DNA of 64,000 bases from an uncultured virus (IMG/VR IMGVR_UViG_3300025327_000500) (taxonomy: Duplodnaviria; Heunggongvirae; Uroviricota; Caudoviricetes), in IMG/VR virus record IMGVR_UViG_3300025327_000500; one strand, written 5' to 3'. The position numbers and the translations under genes are program-made. The notes under the pieces are model-generated. The model saw only the letters and a list, made by a program, of their open reading frames with translations, was not told the origin of the DNA and searched no databases. Below are positions 1 to 7,624 of the stretch, piece after piece. Within the stretch, counting starts at the first letter, position 1, and each line of letters starts with the position of its first letter.

Positions 1-751
1 CTACTTTGGTTGTAAGTCCAGCATTTTTAGGTCTAGGAGCAATTCCACCAACTTTATTCGTTGGATGGAGCAAATCTATTCTATCTCCCCACCCAAACAT
101 ATTTATTGCCATTATCGCCAGATCGTATCTGCTCATTACTTCTTTACCAACAATGTTCACAATTTTAGGTCTGGCATCCAGTAAGGCCAATGCTACTAAT
201 GCCTCAGCTAAATGTAAAATATATGTGGGATTTCCAAATAAATTATTAGGAATTGTAATCTCCTTTCCATCTTTGATTTGTTTCAGAACCTTAGTTACAA
301 AATCTGCCTTATGCCCACCATATAAGGACATCGTTCTGACAACACAATCCCCACGCACATCATATTCTAATAGTCGTTGTTCCCCACCTAATTTAGACCT
401 ACCATATACAGAGATTGGATTTGGCTCATCTTGTTCAGTATAAGGAGCTTTCTTTTTGCCATCGAATACATAAGCTGTACTAATATGGATAATATTATCC
501 ATAAATTCATCTCTGACGTTTGCTATTGCAGCGCAGTTTACTTGATATGCTAGCTGTGATAATTCATCCTCACATTCATCTACATCAGTCACAGCAGCAG
601 CATTGATAATTATATCAGGATGCACTTTCTTGAGAGATTGAGCAATAGATTTTTTATTCTGGATGTTACACTCCATAGGAATACAACCATGACTTATAAG
701 CTCGTATCCTAAGTTTCCATTACATCCAATTACCCCAATGGTTTTTTTCAC
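1..751 (-). CDS. rmlD: dTDP-4-dehydrorhamnose reductase (RmlD-like SDR), truncated by window edge
   Basis: Not in ORF track. My translation from GTG at 751: MKKTIGVIGCNGNLG...IINAAAVTDVDECE...ISTAYVFDG...YGRSKLGGE (Rossmann glycine motif, YxxxK); open to position 1. Confidence 0.85.
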   Translation of the reverse strand, partial: MKKTIGVIGCNGNLGYELISHGCIPMECNIQNKKSIAQSLKKVHPDIIINAAAVTDVDECEDELSQLAYQVNCAAIANVRDEFMDNIIHISTAYVFDGKKKAPYTEQDEPNPISVYGRSKLGGEQRLLEYDVRGDCVVRTMSLYGGHKADFVTKVLKQIKDGKEITIPNNLFGNPTYILHLAEALVALALLDARPKIVNIVGKEVMSRYDLAIMAINMFGWGDRIDLLHPTNKVGGIAPRPKNAGLTTKV

Positions 752-753
752 AA

Positions 754-1506
754 TTATAAATCTCCAAATATATTATAAAACAAACTGCCATCTAAACATC
801 CATTGCGAGACCGAAATGCTTTGTCATCAATCTCTTTATCTCTAGGAAGTGCATTTGCACTTCTAGACTGGTTCAACCAAAATTCGTAATGGGACATATC
901 TTCGTTCTTGGACACTAAATTAATTATATTTGGAACTCTATCCCAATTTTGTGCCATCAAACGCAAGCCTTTTATTACATACCACAACGAAATGTAAGAT
1001 CGTTTTATAAATGTTGGAAAAGAAATAACATCTCCACTCAATAATCTTTCCACAGTTGGCTTTATACTTTCTTTCGACCAAACAGAACCTAATCTTACAA
1101 TCTTTGCATTCTTATTATCAGCAGTGCAAATTAATTCTCCTGCCCACTTCGTAAATCCATATACATTTTTTGGTCTACAAATAGACTTTTCTTTATATGG
1201 TTTTATAGAGTGTCCAGAAAATACATGGAAAGTAGAAAGATAAAGTAACTTTACTCCTGCATACCGACAAGCGAAATCTACATTACTCGTTCCTCTTACA
1301 TTTACTCTGAATGCTTCTTTTTCGTTTGCCTCACACCAATCTACATCTGTCTTTGCAGCAGCATGAATAAGAACGTCAGGACTGATGGTTGCTAATTCTT
1401 CTCGTAGTTTTGGATAATCTGTAATATCTGACGTAATTGGAATACAACCATTCTTTACTAATTCCGAACCTATAAATCCTTTATGTCCAGTAACAGCAAT
1501 CTTCAT
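754..1506 (-). CDS. rmlD: dTDP-4-dehydrorhamnose reductase (RmlD-like SDR)
   Basis: TGHKGFIG, HAAAKTDVDWCE, LSTFHVFSG, YGFTK motifs. Confidence 0.85.
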   Translation of the reverse strand: MKIAVTGHKGFIGSELVKNGCIPITSDITDYPKLREELATISPDVLIHAAAKTDVDWCEANEKEAFRVNVRGTSNVDFACRYAGVKLLYLSTFHVFSGHSIKPYKEKSICRPKNVYGFTKWAGELICTADNKNAKIVRLGSVWSKESIKPTVERLLSGDVISFPTFIKRSYISLWYVIKGLRLMAQNWDRVPNIINLVSKNEDMSHYEFWLNQSRSANALPRDKEIDDKAFRSRNGCLDGSLFYNIFGDL

Positions 1507-1530
1507 ATATCTTTTATCCTCTATAAACTA

Positions 1531-1558
1531 AATAGGCTTATATTTCTATAAGCCTATT
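1531..1558. terminator. perfect 12-bp hairpin, terminator-like
   Basis: AATAGGCTTATA-tttc-TATAAGCCTATT between the holin-like gene and rmlD. Confidence 0.45.
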
Positions 1559-1599
1559 CTACACCTAAACTATTCCAAACTACATTAGAGTTGGATTAA
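1556..1599 (-). promoter_or_regulatory. promoter with TTAA-N7-CTAA box and TAGAAT -10
   Basis: Box at 1599-1585; -10 starts 23 nt downstream at 1561, the same geometry as promoters at 22566, 24743 and 30275. Confidence 0.45.
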
Positions 1600-1604
1600 T
1601 ACTT

Positions 1605-1922
1605 TTACAGAAGGCGATCCTTAGTCCAGGTAAGAACTTCAAATACCTTAGATAAAAGCACATTGTAAATTAGAGTTGCAAAACCAAATACAGCAGTTGC
1701 AGCGACTAGAAGCGCCAAGGCAAACTGCATTGGATCAGTAATTGGAGGCAGTTCTGGCCTAAGCCATACCCAACCCAAAGCAACCGATATTACAACAACG
1801 ATAATCGTAATCACCAAGCGAGATGTACTATACCCAAATTTAGCTAACAGAAGTTTAGCTAACTGAGATAATACGCTTGCAACCAAACCCAAAAGCAATA
1901 ATTGTTCAGCCGATAGTTCCAT
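1605..1922 (-). CDS. holin-like membrane protein
   Basis: 105 aa with three hydrophobic segments, in the late operon. Confidence 0.5.
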   Translation of the reverse strand: MELSAEQLLLLGLVASVLSQLAKLLLAKFGYSTSRLVITIIVVVISVALGWVWLRPELPPITDPMQFALALLVAATAVFGFATLIYNVLLSKVFEVLTWTKDRLL

Positions 1923-1925
1923 AAT

Positions 1926-2129
1926 TTACTCCTTCTTATTTGCTTCAAAAATTCTTCTAATTCTTACCGACATATTATTATCAGGAACTTCCTGAGGTAC
2001 GTTATAGTAATCGTGTAATAGTTGTGCTAATTCAGCCTTCTCTAATCCTCCTGTATTTATATCTAAATATTCTGCCAAGTTTTCCAAATCTGAAATCTTA
2101 TACTTCATCAATTCATTATAGGTAAACAC
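1926..2129 (-). CDS. small Rho-N/HeH-like protein
   Basis: LMKYKISDLENLAEYLDI...KAELAQLL pattern; good RBS. Confidence 0.4.
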   Translation of the reverse strand: MFTYNELMKYKISDLENLAEYLDINTGGLEKAELAQLLHDYYNVPQEVPDNNMSVRIRRIFEANKKE

Positions 2130-2130
2130 T

Positions 2131-2397
2131 TTATCTACCTAATCCTAACCATAATCTAACCGCTAATTCATTTGCCAATACATATTTTGGCCTGGAAAAA
2201 CCTCCACAGCATTCCTTCTTTACAGCCATTATAGCCGATAAATGATCTGGATGCACCCAGGTTAGATTTACATTATACTGCACCGAAAACAAATATTCTG
2301 TTCCTACTACCAAAACAATGTGAGGAATGGTTGTAGGATACATAACAGCAATGTTTCCAGCCTCATTTACAATTTTATCGTCTTGAACTGCGTACAT
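2131..2397 (-). CDS. hypothetical protein with CCGG motif
   Basis: Tightly packed in operon; KKECCGG resembles GGCCGG in 46443-46685. Confidence 0.6.
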   Translation of the reverse strand: MYAVQDDKIVNEAGNIAVMYPTTIPHIVLVVGTEYLFSVQYNVNLTWVHPDHLSAIMAVKKECCGGFSRPKYVLANELAVRLWLGLGR

Positions 2398-2400
2398 ATT

Positions 2401-2700
2401 TTATTGTGAAACTAAAGATTGCAAGCTGGCTTTTACTTCTTTCAAACACTCAGGATATGTTCCTAAGAACATAACCTTGCGAGCAAGATAATAAGTTTCC
2501 AGATCAGATAGGTCTAATTCCATCTGCTCTGGAACATCATCTTCCATAATCCAAAATTTGGTATTTAGATGTTCGTTGAAAACAAATCGTTGATATTTTG
2601 GATGGGTTTTTTCTACTCTGACTGGTCTAATTCTATGAGAAAGAAGCAAAGCTACTAAATATATATCGCCTATCGCTCTTTGTTCATTTACATTATCCAC
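2401..2700 (-). CDS. hypothetical protein (DUF5659-like)
   Basis: DIYLVALLL...FVF pattern; AGGAG RBS before GTG. Confidence 0.45.
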   Translation of the reverse strand: MDNVNEQRAIGDIYLVALLLSHRIRPVRVEKTHPKYQRFVFNEHLNTKFWIMEDDVPEQMELDLSDLETYYLARKVMFLGTYPECLKEVKASLQSLVSQ

Positions 2701-2726
2701 GATGTTTTATCTCCTATATATTTATG

Positions 2727-2757
2727 GAGGAGAGGGAGGATAATCGCTCCCTCTCCA
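2727..2757. other. GC-rich hairpin directly after the capsid gene
   Basis: GGAGAGGGAG...CTCCCTCTCC inverted repeat; no U-tract on the minus strand. Confidence 0.4.
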
Positions 2758-2778
2758 TTGACACTTTTACGCAGTGTT

Positions 2779-3951
2779 TTATCCGATTGAGGTACAAGTC
2801 GAAACGCTGTACCTCCCGCTGAACTGGGATGTGTAAGCTCCCTGGGCGCAGCAGTATTTGATTACTAGTGCAGTAGCTTTCCAAATTTCAAAGCTGACAG
2901 CAGTACAGCCAGGAACTAAGTCTACGTAGCTCAATGGGATTTGGGTAATCCGGTACACCAACGGTTCTCCGTTATGGGTCATACGTAAGGCCCAAATCTT
3001 AGCCTGGAACGCAGTTGCGCTTCCAAAGTTGGTCTTAGTAAAGTTGGTATCCGCAACCACAGTTAGAGCACCGATACCAGTATTTACAACGCCACCAAAG
3101 TTGAAGCCTGGAGTAATTCTGCTTCCGTTAGCGTAGTTGATAATCTGAGAACCCTGGAAACCAAGGCTAAAGTAACTCAGCATCACTTCTTGAATGGCCT
3201 GAGGATGCCCAAACAGATGAGTTGGCTTTGCACAGGCTTCACTCAAATAACGGTCAAAATCAGTCGATGCAAAAGTACCTGAGGCTGTATTGCTGTTGGT
3301 GTGCATAGTACAGCTATAGCGAGTTGCCCACTGTTCGATACCGGTAAATGCTAAAGCATTAGCTACATGGTCACCAGTAATGAGCAGTTTATCTTCACCA
3401 TTCAAAACTAAAGTCATGGCGAGACGGATTTCTTTTGCTTTCACGCCTTGCACAACCTCACGTTGGAATGTACCCAAATCGCTTGCACCAGGCAAACCCT
3501 CACCAGCAGGGATGCCACCAACCAAAGTATTGATACCATTCCAATTAGCCGCAGCAACCGCAGTTGAGTGACGGATGTCCCTAACACTCAAGGATTTCTT
3601 TGCGCCAATATTCTTAATATCAACAGTCTGATTGGAACCATTGTGAGTATATTCCTCTGGACACTCACCATCTGCGAAGGCCAAGTAAGCACTACCAGAG
3701 GTAAAAGCCAAAGTAGTCAGTTCACGCCAGGTATGAGACTTCAAAGCAGTTACCTGTTCAGGAATTGCTTGGAGCGCAGTAACTTCCTCACACATCGCTA
3801 TAATTTCAGTTGGATCGAGCGGTGTGGGGTACTGCGCAGCAAAGTCAGCAGGACTGGCATAAGGCTGAGGCAGAATTAGAGGATCAGTTGTCTTAGCGAC
3901 AAATGCCTTTTCTACACCAGCACCGAGATTTAGAACGGTTTCACCTTCCAT
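2779..3951 (-). CDS. major capsid protein
   Basis: About 390 aa, follows protease/scaffold; AAAGGAG RBS before ATG 3951; HK97-like pattern (LAFADGECP, EDKLLITGD...FTGI). Confidence 0.8.
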   Translation of the reverse strand: MEGETVLNLGAGVEKAFVAKTTDPLILPQPYASPADFAAQYPTPLDPTEIIAMCEEVTALQAIPEQVTALKSHTWRELTTLAFTSGSAYLAFADGECPEEYTHNGSNQTVDIKNIGAKKSLSVRDIRHSTAVAAANWNGINTLVGGIPAGEGLPGASDLGTFQREVVQGVKAKEIRLAMTLVLNGEDKLLITGDHVANALAFTGIEQWATRYSCTMHTNSNTASGTFASTDFDRYLSEACAKPTHLFGHPQAIQEVMLSYFSLGFQGSQIINYANGSRITPGFNFGGVVNTGIGALTVVADTNFTKTNFGSATAFQAKIWALRMTHNGEPLVYRITQIPLSYVDLVPGCTAVSFEIWKATALVIKYCCAQGAYTSQFSGRYSVSTCTSIG

Positions 3952-4035
3952 TGTTGAAACTCCTTTCAAAAATAAACAAAATTTTCAATCGTTGTTCCGA
4001 CACCTGGATTTAGGCTTTACCGGAAATATTGCAAT

Positions 4036-5580
4036 TTAGGTTGTGCGATTTACAATCTCCGCCACAGAATATTGCGCTTTAGATTGTACCATAGGTTTCC
4101 CTGTATTTACAGGGGGCTGAATGCTTCTACGTTGAGGAATTTGTGGCTGATCTATTCTTTCTACTGGCTTATTCAGCAGCATATCCAATTTCTGTGCAAT
4201 TGGAGACATTACAGCAGATAAAGCCTTCACCATAGCATCAGCAGTTGGATCAGAAATCTCTGATTTTGGCTCTTCTTTCACATCAGAACGGATGATCTCT
4301 GCCAGTTCTCCACCAAGTTTATTGAATGGCGCTTGGATGCTTTGAAGTTTATCATTTGCTCCTGCACCAGACAATTGAATCTGGTCATAATCTCGCTTAA
4401 ATTCTTCAAAGATTGCATCCAAAGGATGTTCAGGAATGACTAATTGGCTTTTCAAGTTCGCAAATTCGGTGTTGAGAGTATCCAATTTGGTGAGAAGAGC
4501 TTCAATGCTATCGAAACGAGAAAGAACAGGTGAGAAATCAATTGCCGCAACCGGACTTACTACAGTCTCAAAAGCAACATCAGATTTCTTCTCTTCTTTC
4601 TTTTTCTTCTTGGTTTCCTCTTCCTCATCATCCTCTTCGTCATCGTGCATGGGCATATCTTCCTTCCCATGCTTTGCTTCCTCTACTTCGTCAGCCTTGA
4701 TGATAAGCTCAGATTTACCAACCAGTTTAGCCTTTTCTTCAATAGGCTCGATCAATTCCTCATCCTCAACGATGCTAAGAGCATCTTCTTTACGAGTAGT
4801 CATAGATTTTTCTACCTCCATATCCGTCCGTTCATTCATAGGAACTCTCGTCATCGCTAGATGAATGAGATGTCCTTTAATATAACGCTTCCCAACACCA
4901 GACATATTCATAAATTCTTTTAGACATTCTTCACAATAATCTTCTTCATCATTTCGTATAAACTTGAAATTGTTGCTTTTATGAATGTGTCCATAATCCA
5001 AAAATGCAATTGAAATTCGTACAGGGCCTATTGGATGGGGTGGGCCGCTGGTATCTAGTTTTACTGCTTTGAAACATGCCTCTCCGAGAGGAGTGTCAAG
5101 AAAACTACCTTTAGCTTTGAACCTATCTCCATCTATCCAAACGCTTTCAGTCATTCCAGGAACAGCATCCCCATTCAAATCTGGATAATGAGATAAAGAC
5201 ACGTAAGGCATACCACCCTTCCAGAAATCAGAACGGTACTCCTCTGGAGGTTGTGTACCCAAAGTAATATGGTTTATAAAATCATTATAAAGATCAAGAG
5301 ACATTTCATCGTTGGCTTTGTCTACGCCCACATCAGAAGCAGTTGCTTTCCATTTCATGCCAGCATCTTTGGTATAGGATGCTCGCTCAATGTGCATAGA
5401 AAGTTCTATGGCATTAGATTTCTTATGCCATTTACCTCCATCATCTTTTGACCATCCAGCATTTTCTACCGCACCCCACGCCATCTTAGCCGCCTTTGCC
5501 TCTCCATGTTCTTTTTTATTGGCGTTATAAACTTCTTCCCAAACCTTCTTACCTGATGCTGGCAAATTTCCCGTAGGCAT
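4036..5580 (-). CDS. prohead protease/scaffold with N-terminal ChaB-like domain
   Basis: N-terminal LP...WEEVYN...AWGAV...W ChaB pattern; ASD.GVD, SLSHY, HLAMTRVPMN protease-like core; acidic coiled-coil C-terminus; lies between portal and capsid. Confidence 0.7.
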   Translation of the reverse strand: MPTGNLPASGKKVWEEVYNANKKEHGEAKAAKMAWGAVENAGWSKDDGGKWHKKSNAIELSMHIERASYTKDAGMKWKATASDVGVDKANDEMSLDLYNDFINHITLGTQPPEEYRSDFWKGGMPYVSLSHYPDLNGDAVPGMTESVWIDGDRFKAKGSFLDTPLGEACFKAVKLDTSGPPHPIGPVRISIAFLDYGHIHKSNNFKFIRNDEEDYCEECLKEFMNMSGVGKRYIKGHLIHLAMTRVPMNERTDMEVEKSMTTRKEDALSIVEDEELIEPIEEKAKLVGKSELIIKADEVEEAKHGKEDMPMHDDEEDDEEEETKKKKKEEKKSDVAFETVVSPVAAIDFSPVLSRFDSIEALLTKLDTLNTEFANLKSQLVIPEHPLDAIFEEFKRDYDQIQLSGAGANDKLQSIQAPFNKLGGELAEIIRSDVKEEPKSEISDPTADAMVKALSAVMSPIAQKLDMLLNKPVERIDQPQIPQRRSIQPPVNTGKPMVQSKAQYSVAEIVNRTT

Positions 5581-5588
5581 TTTGCCTC

Positions 5589-5885
5589 CTAATTAATTAC
5601 AATCGTTCCAAACTTCTCTTGCCATCCAATTCTTAATAAGTGTACTATCAATGATGTTCCTGAACCGATGATTAGTTCAGATAGAATTGGAACGTAAAAA
5701 CTAAACATGTTTACATTTACAAAGAATGATAAGAATGTGTATACCCAAACTCCTAAACATAAATCACATTCAAACAATTCCTGCAAAAATCTCCATTTAT
5801 AAATAAGTTTATGATATGGAGATTTCTGCAAAAGATAGACGAATAACCTACCAACCAGAATATATACCAGGTAAAGTTCCATCAA
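5589..5885 (-). CDS. small membrane protein (DUF1360-like)
   Basis: LFECDLCLGVW motif with hydrophobic helices. Confidence 0.55.
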   Translation of the reverse strand: MMELYLVYILVGRLFVYLLQKSPYHKLIYKWRFLQELFECDLCLGVWVYTFLSFFVNVNMFSFYVPILSELIIGSGTSLIVHLLRIGWQEKFGTIVIN

Positions 5886-6151
5886 TCTCTTACAAGGACG
5901 TATAGCAACCCATATCCTTCTGCATTTTCACCAAGATAGTGTGTACTGATAACTTTATAGCCTTCTTTCAACCACACATCTACCTCAGCATCCACAGTCC
6001 AGACGGTCTTTTGCGCCTGTGCTACATCCGGCCCACCCTTAGAAATATATCTGACCATGTGGTGAATGTCTGCATAATACTCAGTTGCAATGCTTTTCTG
6101 TACTGCTACTTCCTTAGTATCTACATTTCCAAACTCATCTGTTTTAGCCAT
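5882..6151 (-). CDS. hypothetical protein
   Basis: GGAGG RBS, operon packing. Confidence 0.6.
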   Translation of the reverse strand: MAKTDEFGNVDTKEVAVQKSIATEYYADIHHMVRYISKGGPDVAQAQKTVWTVDAEVDVWLKEGYKVISTHYLGENAEGYGLLYVLVRD

Positions 6152-6171
6152 ATACTTTTATCCTCCAAAAT

Positions 6172-7569
6172 TTAATTTTCTACTAACGAATTATCATTTA
6201 TATCATCACTAATGTCAAGTAAATTTGCATTTATTTCATCTTTTGTCATACTTTTTTGCCCATAACCACCCTGAGACGGAGCAACCGATCTACCAAGCTG
6301 GTCAGAATTTGCCTGGTCAGAACCACCTGAAGGAGCGATTTCTAGCGGTTTATCTCCACCTTCAATGCTCTCTTTCATAGGAATAGTAAATAAACCATCT
6401 GAGATAACCTGTTGTCTGGCCTCGTTAGGCACGATAACTTTATTCTGTAAGAATATCTGCATGGCTGTAGCAGTAGCTAATCTGGCTCTACCAATCGCCA
6501 CATTCAATTCATCATCCATATCAATAAATTTGAAGTTTAGATAACTAGGAAGCAATCTATTGAAATATAAATTTAGTTTCTTTTTGAACAGGGCACGACC
6601 AGTTTGACGGGTTTTGCGTTCTTGCCTGATACTCCCAGCTAAAGTATCACCACCACTAGATGTAGCAGAAATACCTATATCTGATGGAGACATACCATAA
6701 GCAGCGGTTGTTAGCGTTTCATATTTGGCAGTGGCCTTATCAAACATTAGTTCTGTTGGAGGCCTGGTAAAACTAATAAATTCTGCTTTCTTTTCATGCT
6801 CATACAATACAGGAATTTTGAACGGGTCTACACCTTTCAGCAATGTAGCCCATGAATCAATCCAACTCTCAGCAGATGCTTTGGACATATCTATCAGGTC
6901 GAGAATACCAACCTGAGGAGTATCCAAAAGGAGATTAGCATAATATACATCTCCACGGTTTAGAAGCTGAATTGCCAGATAAATCTTTTCTGGTGGTGCG
7001 CATCCCCAACCTTTCCGCAGAAAACTGGTTTTTGGAGACATATATATTCTATTTATGCCATAATAAGGAAAATATACAGGATTGTTACCAGCTACTTGCT
7101 GGCCTACTGGATAATCGTAATTCAAGGTAGGAAACAATGTAGCCCCATCCAAGAGAGCAAGCCATACAACTCTGCCATTTGGATCATTATTTTCTCTACC
7201 TACTTCTGTTGCGCCTCCAAATGGTAGATCGAGGTAATCTTTTCCTATCCATTCTACGTGCTCTACATAATCAAATTCCTCATTATCTGTAAGGAATTGA
7301 ATGTAATATTTTATTTCTTCGTCTAGTTCATCTCTGGTGTTTGGGTCTTTAGCCTCGATTGTCCAATCTAAATTTACAACTGTAGAAATAAGAGTATCTC
7401 TACAATCCACAGCCACAGGCTGTTGAGCTACTACAGCCCTCCATATTTCCCCTTCTAGCCACTCTGGATTTCTCCATTGTGGAAGTATTCTGTTGAGATA
7501 TAAAGGCTCTTGGGAACGCTGACCTTTATGATGAGTGACAGTTGGAGCAGTTTGCTTAATTCGAGGCAT
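6172..7569 (-). CDS. portal protein
   Basis: 465 aa immediately after terL; GWGCAPPE, AYGMSPSDIG, PNEARQ portal-like motifs. Confidence 0.8.
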   Translation of the reverse strand: MPRIKQTAPTVTHHKGQRSQEPLYLNRILPQWRNPEWLEGEIWRAVVAQQPVAVDCRDTLISTVVNLDWTIEAKDPNTRDELDEEIKYYIQFLTDNEEFDYVEHVEWIGKDYLDLPFGGATEVGRENNDPNGRVVWLALLDGATLFPTLNYDYPVGQQVAGNNPVYFPYYGINRIYMSPKTSFLRKGWGCAPPEKIYLAIQLLNRGDVYYANLLLDTPQVGILDLIDMSKASAESWIDSWATLLKGVDPFKIPVLYEHEKKAEFISFTRPPTELMFDKATAKYETLTTAAYGMSPSDIGISATSSGGDTLAGSIRQERKTRQTGRALFKKKLNLYFNRLLPSYLNFKFIDMDDELNVAIGRARLATATAMQIFLQNKVIVPNEARQQVISDGLFTIPMKESIEGGDKPLEIAPSGGSDQANSDQLGRSVAPSQGGYGQKSMTKDEINANLLDISDDINDNSLVEN

Positions 7570-7624
7570 GATTCACCTATAACATTACACAAAATAATTG
7601 TTCTAATTATACCCCGAAACAATA

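Noticed and set aside
6..443. 145-aa plus-strand ORF in the track
   Set aside because: Antisense shadow of the partial rmlD-like gene on the minus strand; no motifs or RBS.
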